Below are positions 37,333 through 49,715 of a stretch of DNA of 64,000 nucleotides, one piece after another. Made by a program: the position numbers and the translations under genes. Under the pieces are notes generated by a model. The model saw only the letters and a list, made by a program, of their open reading frames with translations. It was not told where the DNA came from and ran no database searches. Positions within the stretch are counted from its first letter, which is position 1. The number at the start of each line of letters is the position of its first letter. The stretch spans positions 221,776,001 to 221,840,000 of the forward strand of contig NC_086097.1 of the NCBI RefSeq assembly GCF_963921235.1, written 5' to 3'. Origin of the DNA: Mobula hypostoma. Lineage: Eukaryota.

Positions 37333-37881
37333 ATTGCTTTTATATTCTAGTCCTCTCAAAATGAATGCTAACATCACACTTGCCTTCCACCAGCTCAACC
37401 TGCAAGTTAACCTTTAGGTCCCTTTGCATCTCATATTTTTGAATTTTCTCCCTGTTTAGGAAAGACCCTATGCTTTTATTCCTTCTACCAAAGTGTGTGA
37501 CCATATACTTCCCGACACTGTACTCCACGTTCCACTTCTTTGCCCATTCTCCTGTTACCAAAATTGGAAATAAAGGCTCAAAATATCTTACATATAGGCT
37601 CAATATTTTCTTGTCTGCTCCAGTTAATCTTCTGTCAATCGTGGCAGTTAAAATGTTGGGCATGGGGTGGGAGGGGGGTGGTCGTAGTGGTACAGTGCTA
37701 ACAAAGTCAGCACAAGGTTGTTAGATTTGCATTTAAAGGGCAACTTGTCAAGTAAATCATTGTTGCAGCAAGTACAATGTTTACAGTCATATCAGTCCAG
37801 TGCTCTGTTTTGAACTCTAATGGCATTTCCGGAAGCCACCCACTCTCTCCTTCTCCAGGATACACTGTAAAGACCACGAAG

Positions 37882-38190
37882 TAAAGGCATCCATTAGTCT
37901 TGCGAGACCATGGATCTGCTCCTGGAAAGTCTTCACTCTCCAGGGTACAGGCCTGGGCAAGGTTGTATGGAGGACCGGCAGTTGCCCATGCTGCAAGTCT
38001 CCCCCCTCCACGACACCAATGTTGTCCAAGGGAAGGGCATTAGAACCCATACAGCTTGGCACCAGTGTCGTCGCAGAGCAATGTGTGATTAAGTGCCTTG
38101 CTCAAGGACACAACACGTTGCCTCAGCTGGGGCTCGAACTTACGACCAAGTCGCTAGTCCAATGCCTTAACCAGTTATCCACGTGCCCAC
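37882..38190 (-). mobile_element. tRNA-derived SINE, near full length
   Basis: A-box-like GTGGATAACTGG and B-box AAGTTCGAGCC at the 5' end; the body is homologous to 28592-28876. Confidence 0.85.
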
Positions 38191-38204
38191 TACCTAATTG
38201 ATAA

Positions 38205-38345
38205 ACACAAGAGGTTCTGTAGGTGTTGGAAATCCAGGGCAACACACACAAAAAGCTGGAGGAACTTGGTGGCATCTATGGAGAGCAATATAGAGCTAAT
38301 GATTAGGGCTGAGATCATTCATCAGGATTTGATGAAGATTTTGGC
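38205..38345 (-). mobile_element. PLE pLTR remnant
   Basis: aacacacacaaaaagctggaggaact...ggcatctatgga...ttcatcagga matches the pLTR at 430-532. Confidence 0.65.
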
Positions 38346-38869
38346 AATGGTCAAAACTATTCCTCTGCAGAAACTATTCGCAATGGGCAGCAAAGAGGTC
38401 AGGACCATCCTTCACAATACCAGGGATAGCTAAGACCTCTGTGCAAATGGCACCTGGTGTTTGTATACCCATAGCCAGCATACGCTTTGACGCAGCCACA
38501 AAGATGAGAATGGGAGTTATACTGGATACATCCCGTCCAGTTCTCTGGAGACCAGTGTACATGATTCACTTTGGATCTTCAGATGAAATCGAAGACAATT
38601 TGCTTAGCTACCCTGGTGCAAGATTGACTATGGATCACATTTGTTCCATACTTGTACAGAAACAATGAGAGGACCTTGCAGCTGATGGGCAGGTTCTTTC
38701 TGGTGGGATTGTCACTTCCTAACTTTGGTTTCACTTTGGATATTTACTCCAGCCTATTCTTACAGCATCTCTCAACTCCTCTGAACCAAATTCCCAAACC
38801 TTGAGGTAATTGGAATGGACACAGTACCTATCAATTCAAATAGAAAGTAGGGTTGTAAGTTTCACCATT

Positions 38870-40310
38870 CGTAGCCTCAAGACACCTCAAAATACCTTGT
38901 GCATTGAATGAAAGATGTATCTGATAATGATTAGATAATTTCTATCTTAGTGTTGTTGATTTGCATTTGACAAGGTTCCACACGGTAGACTTATTCAGAA
39001 AGTTAGAAGGCATGGGATCCAGGGAAGTTTGGTCAGGTGGATTCAGAATTGGCTTGCCTGCAAAAGGCAGAGGGTGGTGGTGGAGGGAGTACATTCAGAT
39101 TGGAGGATTGTGACTAGTGGTGTCCCACAAGGATCTGTTCTGGGACCTCTACTTTTCGTGATTTTTATTAACGACCTGGATGTGGGGGTAGAAGGGTGGG
39201 TTGGCAAGTTTGCAGATGACACAAAGGTTTGTGGTGGTGTAGATAGTGTAGAGGATTGTCAAAGAATGCAGAGAGACATTGATAGGATGCAGAAGTGGGC
39301 TGAGAAGTGGCAGATGGAGTTCAACCCGGAGAAGTGTGAGGTGGTACACTTTGGAAGGACAAACTCCAAGGCAGAGTACAAAGTAAATGGCAGGATACTT
39401 GGTAGTGTGGAGGAGCAGAGGGATCTCAGGGTACATGTCCACAGATCCCTGTAAGTTGCCTCACAGGTGGATAGGGTAGTTAAGAAAGCTTATGGGGTGT
39501 TAGCTTTCATAAGTCGAGGGATAGAGTTTAAGAGTCGCAATGTAATGATGCAGCTCTATAAAACTCTGGTTAGGCCACGCTTGGAGTATTGTGTCCAGTT
39601 CTGGTTACCTCACTATAGGAAGGATGTGGAAGCATTGGAAAGGGTACAGAAGAGATTGACCAGGACGCTGCCGGGTTTAGAAAGTATGCATTATGATCAG
39701 AGATTAAGGGAGCTAGGGCATTACTCTTTGGAGAAAAGGAGGATGAGAGAAAACATGATAGAGGTGTACAAGATAATAAGAGGAATAGATAGAGTGGATA
39801 GCCAGCGCCTCTTCCCCAGGGCACCACTGCTCAATACAAGAGGACATGGCTTTAAGGTAAGGGGTGGGAAGTTCAAGGGGGATATTAGAGGAAGGTTTTT
39901 TACTCAGAGAGTGGTTCGTGCGTGGAATGCACTGCCTGAGTCAGTGGTGGAGGCAGATACACTAGTGAAGTTTAAGAGACTACTAGACAGGTATATGGAG
40001 GAATCTAAGGTGGGGGCTTATATGGGAGGCAGGGTTCGAGGGTCGGCACAATATTGTGGGCCGAAGGGCCTGTACTGTGCTGTACTATTCTATGATCTAT
40101 GATCTAGTTAGCAAGGATACTTGGAAGAATATCCCTTTCTTCTTGAAATAATGCTGTGGGATTTTTAATTTGTCCAGAAAGGGCAGAAGAAGATTTACTG
40201 AACATTTCATTCAAAAAATATTTTTGAGCTCACCAAAGTACACGCAATATCAAACACAGTTAGCTGCTCAGATCTCTGTATTGTTGATTGGAACCCATGA
40301 CCTTCGTACA
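38870..40310 (-). mobile_element. DeuSINE-like element split by the CR1 at 38963-40105
   Basis: Left flank aatgattagataat...ttagtgttgttgatt and right flank cttcttgaaataatgctgtgggattttt...agggcaga join into a recalled Deu-domain-like sequence. Confidence 0.5.
38963..40105 (+). mobile_element. CR1 5'-truncated young copy
   Basis: ORFs 39029-39454 ([14 protein letters not shown]) and 39467-40102. (CTATGAT)n tail. Confidence 0.95.
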
Positions 40311-40384
40311 CCAAGAAAAAAAATACTGTCCAAAGCAATAATGAACACAAAAGTACAAATAAACTCTGCTGCCTGTATGTTTTG

Positions 40385-42004
40385 CAGTGCCTATAAAAAT
40401 TATTCACCCCCCCCCCCGGAAATTTTCATGTTTTATTGTTTTACAACATTGAATCATAGTGGAGTTAATTTGACTATTTTTGTTATGCTGATCAACAGAA
40501 GAAGACTCTTTTGTGCTAAAGTGAAAACAGAACTCTACAAAGTGATCTAATTTAATTACGAATATAAAACACAAAATAATTGATTGCATAAGTATCCACC
40601 CCCTTTAATATGACACATCAAATCATCACTGGTGCAACCAATTGGTTTTAGAAGTCACATAATTAGTTAAATGGAGATCACTGTGTGCAGTTAAGGTGTT
40701 TCAATTAGTTATAGTAATGTATCTGGAAGGTCCAACTGCTGGTGAATCAGTATCCTGGCAAAAACTACACCTTGAAGACAAAAGAACACTCCGCAAAAAG
40801 GTTATTGAAAAGCACAAGTCAGGAGACGGAAAGAAGAAAATTTCCAAGTCACTGAATATCCCTTGGAGGAATAGTTAAGTCAATCATCAAGAAATAGAAG
40901 GAATACGGCACAGCTGTAAATCTGCCGAGAACAGGCCGTCCTCAAAAACTGAGTGACTTTGCAGGAAGGGGACTAGTGAGCGAGGCCACCAAGAGACCTA
41001 TAACAACTCTGGAAGAGTTACAAGCTTCAGTGGCTGAAATAGGAGAGACTGTGCATACAACTATTGCCCAGTCGCAGCTCTATGGGAGTATGGGAGAGTG
41101 GCGAATAGAAAGCCACTGTTGAAAAAACTCACATGAAATCTTGACTAGAGTTTGGCAAAAGGCATATGAGAGACTCTGAAGATAGGTGGAAGAAGATTCT
41201 ATGGTCTGATGAAACCCAGATTGAGCTTTTTGCCCATCAGACTAAACGCTATGTTTGGCATAAGCCAAACACCACACATCATCAAAAGCACACAAACCCC
41301 TACCGTGAAACATGGTAGTAGATGCATCATGCTATGGGGATCCTTTGCTGCTGCAGGCCCTGGGAGGATTGTGAAGGTAGAGGGTAAAATGAATGCAGAA
41401 AAATGCAGGAAAATCCTGGAGGAAAACCTAATGTAGTCTGCAACAGAAGTGTGACTTTGGAAAAGATTTGTTTTCCAGCGAGAAATTGACTCCAGCATAA
41501 AGCCAAAGCTACACAGGTATGGCTTAAAACAACAAAGTTAATGTCCTGGAGTGGCCAAGTCAGAGTCCAGAGCTCAGTCCAATTGAAAATTTATGGCTGG
41601 TCTTGAAAAGGGATTTTCACTCACAATCCCTATGCAATCTGGCAGACCTCGAACAGTTTTGTAAAGAAACATGGGGGGAAATTGCAGTGTCCAGATGTGC
41701 AAAGCTGATAGAGACCTATCCACACAGACTCAAGGCTGTAATTGCTGCCAAAAGTGCATCTACTAAACACTGACTTGAAGGGGATGAATACTTACGCAAA
41801 CAATTATTTTGTGTTTTATATTTGTAACTAATTCAGATCACTTTGTAGAGATCTGTTTTCACTTTGACATGAACGAGTCTTTTTCTGTTGATCAGTGTCA
41901 AAAAAAGTCAGATTAAATCCACCATGATTCAATGTTGTAAAACAATAAAACATGAAAACTTCTGGTGTGGGGGGGGGGATGGTGAATACTTTTTATAGGC
42001 ACTC
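40385..42004 (+). mobile_element. Full-length-size Tc1 (IR/DR-type) transposon with disrupted DD34E transposase
   Basis: ~220-bp imperfect TIRs (CAGTGCCTATAAAAA... / ...TTTTTATAGGCACTC). Transposase remnants KVIEKHKSG, WSDET, TVKHGS..IMLWG and WPSQSPEL. Confidence 0.93.
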
Positions 42005-44891
42005 TATCTTTGGAGAGCACGCTGAAACAAATGCTATATTGGCATTGTAGTATAGTGATAGAATCTAATTGTATGGAAGTGTAAACCTGTGGACACCCTG
42101 TTACCAAAAGAAAATACACGTAGCCTGCAAGTTAGCCCTGTCATGACTGAGGTTCTACAAGCAGAGATAGTAAAGACATACATGTTTTGAAATGTCCGGG
42201 TGGTTAGCACATACTGGAGGTGAAGCATTTGATAGTGACAATATTGTGCCCATTTTATTGTCTGCTCCAAACTTATCATCTTTAGCCAGAGTGTAGACGA
42301 CTAAAGTTCTAAAAGATTTCTAGTCCTGTTGACTGCATTGAAATTCAAAGAATCAGCAACACTATGATAGTGAATGTGAAAAATACAAACATAGTTTTTT
42401 TCATTGCCAAAGAAAACAAGCAGAGGGTGTAAAATGCAACAAAATGACGATGTTTATATTGTATATTGGCTTTAGGTATTTATCATAGGTGTCCCAGCAC
42501 AAAGAATTATGTACATGTTTCTTTACCATGGTTTGTTAAGGAGGCACACAGTTGTTCACTCAGACACAAATGCTCTGCTGAGTTTGCTGCACTTTTTGGC
42601 TGATTCCTTCATGTGAACTTGTTCAAGAGCTCCCAGAAAGTCTGTGGGAAAGTGCAAGTGTAGCAAATGGCTGGCACTATTCAGTCATCACTGAGTTATA
42701 TCTGACCTATAATTTTTCAACAATTCAAGTTGGAGGTGTTAATTATAGTTTCACACTACCTTCACTGTTCCTTCACTATTTACCATCACTATTAAAGTAT
42801 GATTAATATTTGCTTATTTTACTACTAATTTCTTGGTTACTGATGGATTCCCTACTTACGATAGTTAAAATTTCTTTTTTAATTACCCGCATTGCCATTA
42901 TAAGAACTGTTAAAGCTATTTTGTCTCTTAACTGCCAAGTCTGTGGCACTTAAACTTTTAGTTTAGTATGTCACATGTTAGAAATACTAATTGTGATAAT
43001 TACTTTTTCAACCACACACAGTACTTCTATAATAGCCCCAGAATTATAAGAATGGAAATAGAACACATTTCTTTAATTAAATATGTGGTAAATCATAAAG
43101 CGACCATAACAATCAGTTTCTGTTACTTTTATTGACATCATCAAAAATGAATTGCAATGCAGCTAAATGCGCTTCATTCTTTAAGCGTTTGTTTTACTGC
43201 TTTATAATTTAATTTGATAGCATTTGTGTATGGTTATCTATATCCTGTTATATTAGTATTCCATCGAATGACGTGCCTTGGAACAACTTATCAAAAGGAA
43301 CAGTTTCACATCCAGTGATTAAATTATGTGATTTACTACCACAATAGTTATTAAGTTAAATTAAAAACAAACACTGTGGTTCAGAAACATATTTATTATC
43401 TGAAATTTGTGACCAATATTTAAGACTTATTATACAATAACATTGAAAAGAAATTGATTAGGATTCCATTCTGAAATAATATGATTTTTAATTGACTAAA
43501 ATTACTGCTCAATAAGTAGACAGCAAATATCAACAATTTAATTAGCTTTTTATCTTTAATGCTGATGTTTGGCATCAAAATAATAGAATTTTATTGGATA
43601 TTACACTAGAGAATCATTGTCTCCTTTGATGGTACACATGTATATAGTTAAATGACAATAATCTTGACGACTTGAAAGCAACACAAGAATTGATGGCTGA
43701 TTTTCCAGAAATCCGTATTGCTATTTTAATTGTGGCCTGACCAGAAAACCATCAGTTCCACGAAGAGTGGAATTAGAACTTTTTGATCTCTTGGTGCCTG
43801 TTGAGTTTAATGATTTTGTTCTAAAACTCATAAGCTAATTAAAAATTCTTACCTTTGAACATCAACTAGCCACAAAGACTACTTTTAGTACATCTATTTT
43901 TCATAGGGGATTATTCCACCTACTTTAAATATAAAGTTAAACCACATTGCTATATTCATTGCTATCCTTTTGAGATTAGTTCACAGTTACACATTCGCTC
44001 ATTTCATACAGCAACAATGTAAGTGCTAGGGCATACACTGTGGTTGAATTTCAAGAAAGCAGTAAGTTTTAAACCTTCTCAGGATATTTTTGGCACCAGG
44101 AAAAGAACATTTTAAAACATTTACCTCACTAATAAAGAAGGAATCAACCACCATCTTGCAGTACTGTAGTCCAAGTGGTGAAAGTACTCCTACATTGTCC
44201 TTGGTAAAGAATTCAAGGATTTTATTGCAGTAAGGAGTCGTCTATGACACACATCTTATTCAGGATGCTGTGGGACCTGATAGGAAGTTAGTGGTGGTAA
44301 TATGCAGCTGCTGGCATTGACCTCCTCGGTGGAAAATGCTCTTACTTTGATGTGCTGCTGAGGAAGCCTTGAGATGTGCTACAGTGTACATCTTGCACAC
44401 TGTGCCATAGAACCACAACACAATAGCTGTTGCATTAATTATTTACATCACAACAGTCCATAAAGCATACACAAACAAGCTGTCAGTCATGCTCTAAAGC
44501 TAAAAGCTAATTTCCTGATTGGATTCAAACCTATTGTCGAGATGTCTAAAATCCCCAAAATACTTCAACATTTCCACTCCAGTTTTGAAATTCAGTGGAA
44601 ATAAATTCAAAATCTTTGCTTTTAATATGAAAATCATAAAGAACAAAGATTTTTTGATAACCAACATATAAAGTGCTATTGTTTCTTCTGATAAAATTAC
44701 TTTTTTAAAAATATAAAACTACAGTGAAATCTTTTTTATATAAAAGATCCAAATTGTACATTTTAAAGCATAAACAATAACCATACAAGTTTATATGATT
44801 GAGTACTACTCAAAATGCCAATACCTAACGCAATACTGGAGGCAATCATAGCACCTTTATCCAAGCTGTAATATACAAGAATACAAAAATA

Positions 44892-44956
44892 TTTATTATA
44901 CATTAAGTGGCTTGTTGTTTCTCTTACATGTAGTCGCCATAATTCCACAATTTATT
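44892..44956 (-). promoter_or_regulatory. Candidate polyadenylation signals for the bHLH gene
   Basis: Minus-strand AATAAA at 44951-44956 and 44892-44897, 350-410 nt past the stop codon. A Pumilio-type TGTAAATA is at 44988-44995. Confidence 0.4.
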
Positions 44957-45305
44957 AACCAATGGTCAATACTGCTACGTTTCAACTTATTTACAATGTT
45001 GAATGTGCTTTCAGTGGATGGAGGGCAGCTGGCATCTCACCCTACTCTGTATAGAAAAAGGAACATCCGTAATCGGAACAGGACCGGATCATCTTCGAGA
45101 AGGTCCTGAAGAGGCCGGCAATATTATAGGCTGTCCCGCACCTCCATTAGAACAATGCGGCAAGTCGGAGCTTTGTCCTGCAAAGCCTGCAAACCAACGT
45201 GGCTGTCCCGCATCATTCCGACGGCGCATCTACTTTATCGCTCAGGCCAAGCGTTGGAATGGTGACAGCTGCTCAGGGAGGAGTTGAAGTGGAAGGCGCT
45301 TGTTG

Positions 45306-45392
45306 CTAAGCAGTAGTCCCACATAATCTGGACGTGGTGGCAAAATCTTTGCTATCTACTTCAGATCTTCCTGAAACCACGAATGGCCAGGT
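45306..45392 (-). CDS. tcf21-like: TCF21/musculin-family bHLH transcription factor, coding exon 2
   Basis: A pyrimidine tract and AG acceptor (ttcaactttcAG) precede TWPFVVSGRSEVDSKDFATTSRLCGTTA-TAG, the conserved TCF21/MSC C-terminus. Too short for the ORF track; translated by hand. Confidence 0.95.
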   Translation of the reverse strand, partial: TWPFVVSGRSEVDSKDFATTSRLCGTTA

Positions 45393-47425
45393 CTGAAAGT
45401 TGAAACAGAATGGTTAGAACAATAATTCGGCGGTCCTTACTGAGATGATGAGAAATGTCCGCGAACTGGTTCTAAGAATCAGGAAGTATAGATTTCTTCT
45501 CGTCATTTTACCTCAGAGTTTGAACTCAGTTTCATTAACATCGTCATGCAACATCCGTGGAAACTCATACTGTTACTCGGTAATCGATGTGAGACCACAT
45601 GCAGTCATTTACAATATAAAGTGGGATTTAGTGACAGAATGGCAAACGGCAGCGTTCCGACCGGTCCTCATGAAGTGGCGGATTTGAGAGTGATGGTTTG
45701 TTACTCTCTGGACCAGCACTGAAGAAATCCAATTGCAACGCCTATGCTAGTCAGCATTTCCCCAGAATCTCAGGATAATTAAACTAAAACAACCAATCAG
45801 TCCTAATCCAAATATAGTTGGACAAATAATTCGTACATTTTTAATTTGTATTAAGGTTTCACGAGGAAAAAAATGTACCGTATTAATTTTGACGAAATAA
45901 ATCTGGCATCAATTATCTTTATTTTTGGATCTTGGTAAGAATATATTCTATCCTTGTTGATCTTTTTCGAAGCAATTTAACTTAAAAAAAAGATCTTTTA
46001 ACGAACCCAGATTTCATGTGAGCTTCAGGTGGGATTTCTTTCTGTAAAGCATTTCAGAAATATAGTCCACTTACTGTTGTTGGACTTAACTTTCTGGAAT
46101 ATCATTAGATTCCAAAGCAGCCGATCTGAAGCGCTCTCCATATAAATCTCCATGTATCCTAGCTTTTTGGGATATATGTAAAAAACTATTTGCGTTGACC
46201 GCCTGAGCCTGAGCCAAATAACTCCAAAAATAAGCTTACAAAACGCCCCCTCAATGTAACAAACATTAGATCTGTGATTAGCCGGAGACAGGCATAGTTA
46301 ACAGCCGCGCAATTCAATATAGAAATTATAATGCCACTTATGCGGAATTATCTGACATACTTACATTTTAGAAATTAGTAGCAGATTTGCATTTGCAGCA
46401 ATAAAAGGAAAATAAAACCGAAGTTATTTTAAAGTTTAAGTACCTAAACCTTTCGTGTAAAGGAAATTTTATTTTCTCAGAATCCGTTTACAAGTTGTTG
46501 GGAAGGCTGTTATAACATACCAGCAATCAGCAATCCTTTGGCTCTTTTTGTCTTAAAGGTTGCTTTTTACTGATTTAGTAGCTGGCCGAAGCTGCCGGTC
46601 TAGAACAAGATGTCTTGTGTTTTTACAAAATAATACCTTAATTTTACCCTTTTCACCATTTGTTGTTTGACTGAGATCTGTTCTTTCATTCAAATCTCCC
46701 CACAAGAGAAAGTATTATACGATCGTTGACAATGAAAAGACTATCTAGAGCAATCTACTGTTTAAACACAAAAATGTTGTCTGATTTTGTGGGTTCGCGA
46801 GTTTAGTGGGGAAGCGTGGTAAGTGGGGCGCTCAGGTTTCTTCCGTGACCTTGCGCAGTAGCTTTTAATACCCTCACCCCCAAACCTGTAGGTGCAGCAG
46901 GCTAAGGAGTGGTAACATGTAAAACTAACGCCACGTTACATATACTACTAGAACCTTTTTTTTAAATAGAGCGTTTTATTTGAATTTGCATGCAAGGTGT
47001 TTTCCCTTTAAATGCCGTGCAGCCGATGAAGATGCACCTGCCTGTTTCTAAAGATGCCATTGTCTGGAGTATTGATCAGTGATGGACGCAGAAGTTCACT
47101 GAGCTACTGCGCAAAAGAGGATGTCGTATTTACTAATCAATGCGAGTTTTGTTATTAGAGTAGCATTTCTATGTTGAATCACAAAATAATGCGTGCACTT
47201 TCAATGTTCGAAATCTACATTGAAAGGGCACTGATGCGCCAAGATCCTAGTGATATGTTTCCCCCATAAACATTTGAAACTATAAATTTATAGAAGTATT
47301 TTCAATAAAATGCGAACGCACTACAACACTCAAGTTCTTGATACCAATTACACCTTGTGCCGAGACGCAGTGGTGGACTTTGGTTCGCTCGGGTTACCAA
47401 GCTGTGCAATATCTGCAATTCTTAC

Positions 47426-47863
47426 CAGATTTACCGGATGGACGTATCCATTTTCGTATTTATCATTTGCTAAGATCTGCCTTAAATGTGCGATGTAGCT
47501 AGCTGCCAGTCTGAGGGTGTCAAGTTTGGAAAGTTTTGTGTCTGAGGGCACCCAGGGCAGGCTGGTTTTTAACCTGGAGAAGGCTTTGCTCAGGACTCGC
47601 ATCCTGGCTCTCTCCCTGGCATTGGCAGCGTTTCTCTGCGACTGCTTGCCCTCTTTGCCCAGCCGGAGCATTTGCTTTCTCCTAACAGCCCCTTGCCTTT
47701 TCCTCTTGGAGCTGCAGTCAGAACTCGATTCGTCCGTGTTTTCAGCGGAGATATAGAATTCCGCCTCGTTCGACTCGTGTTTCAAACCGTTACATTTGAG
47801 ATGCAGCCCCTGTAATTCCATTTCCTGAATATCCTCGGTATCACTGGGAGATCCAGTAGACAT
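47426..47863 (-). CDS. tcf21-like: TCF21/musculin-family bHLH transcription factor, coding exon 1 (146 aa; full protein 174 aa)
   Basis: MSTGS start and b[57 protein letters not shown]. Ends HPVNL at a phase-0 donor (CTG|GTAAGA). Orthology (tcf21, msc or a third paralogue) is unresolved. Confidence 0.97.
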
Positions 47864-48130
47864 GGTACCTCTGGAAAATTAAATGAACCTCAAGTGAAAA
47901 GGTCTCCCTCTACAAATTCGTTAAATACCAGGGAAAAAAAACATACGCAAAACACTTCCTTCGCGAGAAAATAAACCCCACCTCTATTGGTTTTGACGGC
48001 TCCTGCTATCACTTTTAAACAGGAAGTGTTTGGTCTATGTGGATCTGACCATTCCAGGATAGTTGTGACGAACTCTTAAAACTGACAACAATGCCCCCGC
48101 GTAAAAGGGGCGAGAAAAGGGGTTATTTCT
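47864..48130 (-). promoter_or_regulatory. 5' UTR / proximal promoter of the bHLH gene
   Basis: Immediately upstream of the ATG. CCAAT on the minus strand at 47986-47990, ETS-like GGAAGTG at ~47953-47960 and ~48022-48028, and retained CpGs. TSS unknown. Confidence 0.45.
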
Positions 48131-49624
48131 CCCATGTCTATGTTTCGATATTATTGAAGATATGTTAAACACGCCTGTACCTTGTAATCAGTTTTAGAGT
48201 CTGAATATTTTATAGAAGTTTGTTTTTTTTTTCAGTCCCTCAGTGGTATATCCCATGTAAACTGGGATTTGAGTTGGAAGCCTTCAATCAATCGCTGTTA
48301 AAACAAACTAATTAAACAGCCCATTTGGTTGGCGAAGTGAGTGCTACTTCAGTCTTAAAAAACGCAGACCTCCCCAAATACACGAGCTTTTGAACAATGC
48401 GTAATAATTAGAGCTACCACAAATGATAGAGGCAATTTAGTTTTAATAAGGCAAAGAATATACACACATGGTATAATTATCTTCAACTATCAAATGTAAA
48501 ATAATATAACCCTTTGCTCCCAAATGAGGTTATATATATTGCCTGATATATAATTTCCTGTATTTTTCCCATAAAGATTATTTTTGAGTTAATTATCCCC
48601 ATGAATAAATTATCCAAACTTAAACGCACTCAGATGTGAAGAAAGTTTAAGGTAAATACAATTGTTGTTTATACTGACTTGTTTGCAGTTTAGCTTTTCT
48701 CTCTCTATTTATGTATTTGGCCAGAATCCTGTTTTGGATCGCCGCTGTTTACGTCCTGTGGATTTCCACCATGCCAGAATTTCTTATGCTCATATATTGC
48801 CGCCTAATGACTTTCTCAAACGCTAAGGACTAGTTGAAAAATTGCCAAACTCATTTAGTCCCACTCAGTGAGATCAGATAAATTAAGATCCTTTATAAAT
48901 GGCTTGAGGTTCGCTTTAAGTGCCACATATATTCCCATTACTTATCGGAAGCATGTGCGCAGTTACTATATATAAAACAGCAAAGGTGAAGTTGGAGATA
49001 GATTTTCTAGCGCTTACACTGACTTGCGTTGAGCTTTGCAAAATATTTTGTTAAGGAAATATATAGCACTTATCTCTGAAATTTTGGGAAAATTGGCAAT
49101 CCTTCTGATTGTTTGTGCAGGTGCGTTTTGAAGCGAGCTCCTCCTGAAGATTTATGGTAGAATTGATTGATTTTGTAAACATTGTAGAGATCCTATCGAC
49201 CCCAGAACGAATTCAGGCCTTATTTTCGTATCAGGGTCTTTCTTCAGCAATCGGGTTGCTTAGACTTTGCAGGAAAGAAATTGGCTCTAGTAACATCTCT
49301 GTCGTGGAACGGAACCAAGAAGTGTCATCACGTTGGTCCATCAGAAGTGGCAGCGCTCGTAACCTCAATAAATCATCGTGTACAAATGGGAAGTGCTGTC
49401 CTCCCTCGTAAAGGAAATCTTGAAGACATACCACCAACATTTCCAGCCCCTATCCAGTACACGAGTATTCAATAGTAAGGTATCTTCTATTAATAATCAT
49501 TTCTATTACAACAGAGATATTGTACCTTTTGGCGGGGGTGGGGGGGTCGAGGGCATTCAAAAGTTCAATTATCTCTATACATAGCCGTGAGACACAATTA
49601 TACCCACTTTAAACATACGGAAAT

Positions 49625-49715
49625 AAGTTCAAAGTAAATTTATTATCAAAGTAATATATGTCACCATATACTAGCCTGAGATTCGTTTTCTTGCAGGCAT
49701 TCACAGTACAAATAA
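49625..49715 (-). mobile_element. Rex1-type LINE extreme 3' end
   Basis: aagttcaaagtaaatttattatcaaagta is the reverse complement of the tail type seen at 54410-54427 and 57686-57718. Confidence 0.6.

Larger units (their letters stand above)
35750..37555 (-). mobile_element. CR1 fragment hosting a younger CR1 and a solo LTR
   Basis: MLRLYRASVRPHMEYCEQF and EWAKKWNVEYSVGK; colinear across both insertions. Confidence 0.85.

Noticed and set aside
38340..38700. Open frames on both strands in non-repeat-looking DNA
   Set aside because: No recognisable protein motif or convincing splice signals; origin undetermined.
47348..47425. C-terminal extension VRIADIAQ...RHKV of the predicted 171-aa ORF
   Set aside because: It is read-through into the intron: a GTAAGA donor follows HPVNL and the conserved C-terminus is encoded at 45392-45306.
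49231..49440. Protein-like 69-aa minus-strand ORF upstream of the bHLH gene
   Set aside because: No family resemblance, no ATG start, and exon 1 already begins with the conserved MSTGS.
49680..49700. Strong-looking splice acceptor ttttcttgcAG
   Set aside because: It lies within the antisense 3' end of a Rex1-type repeat.
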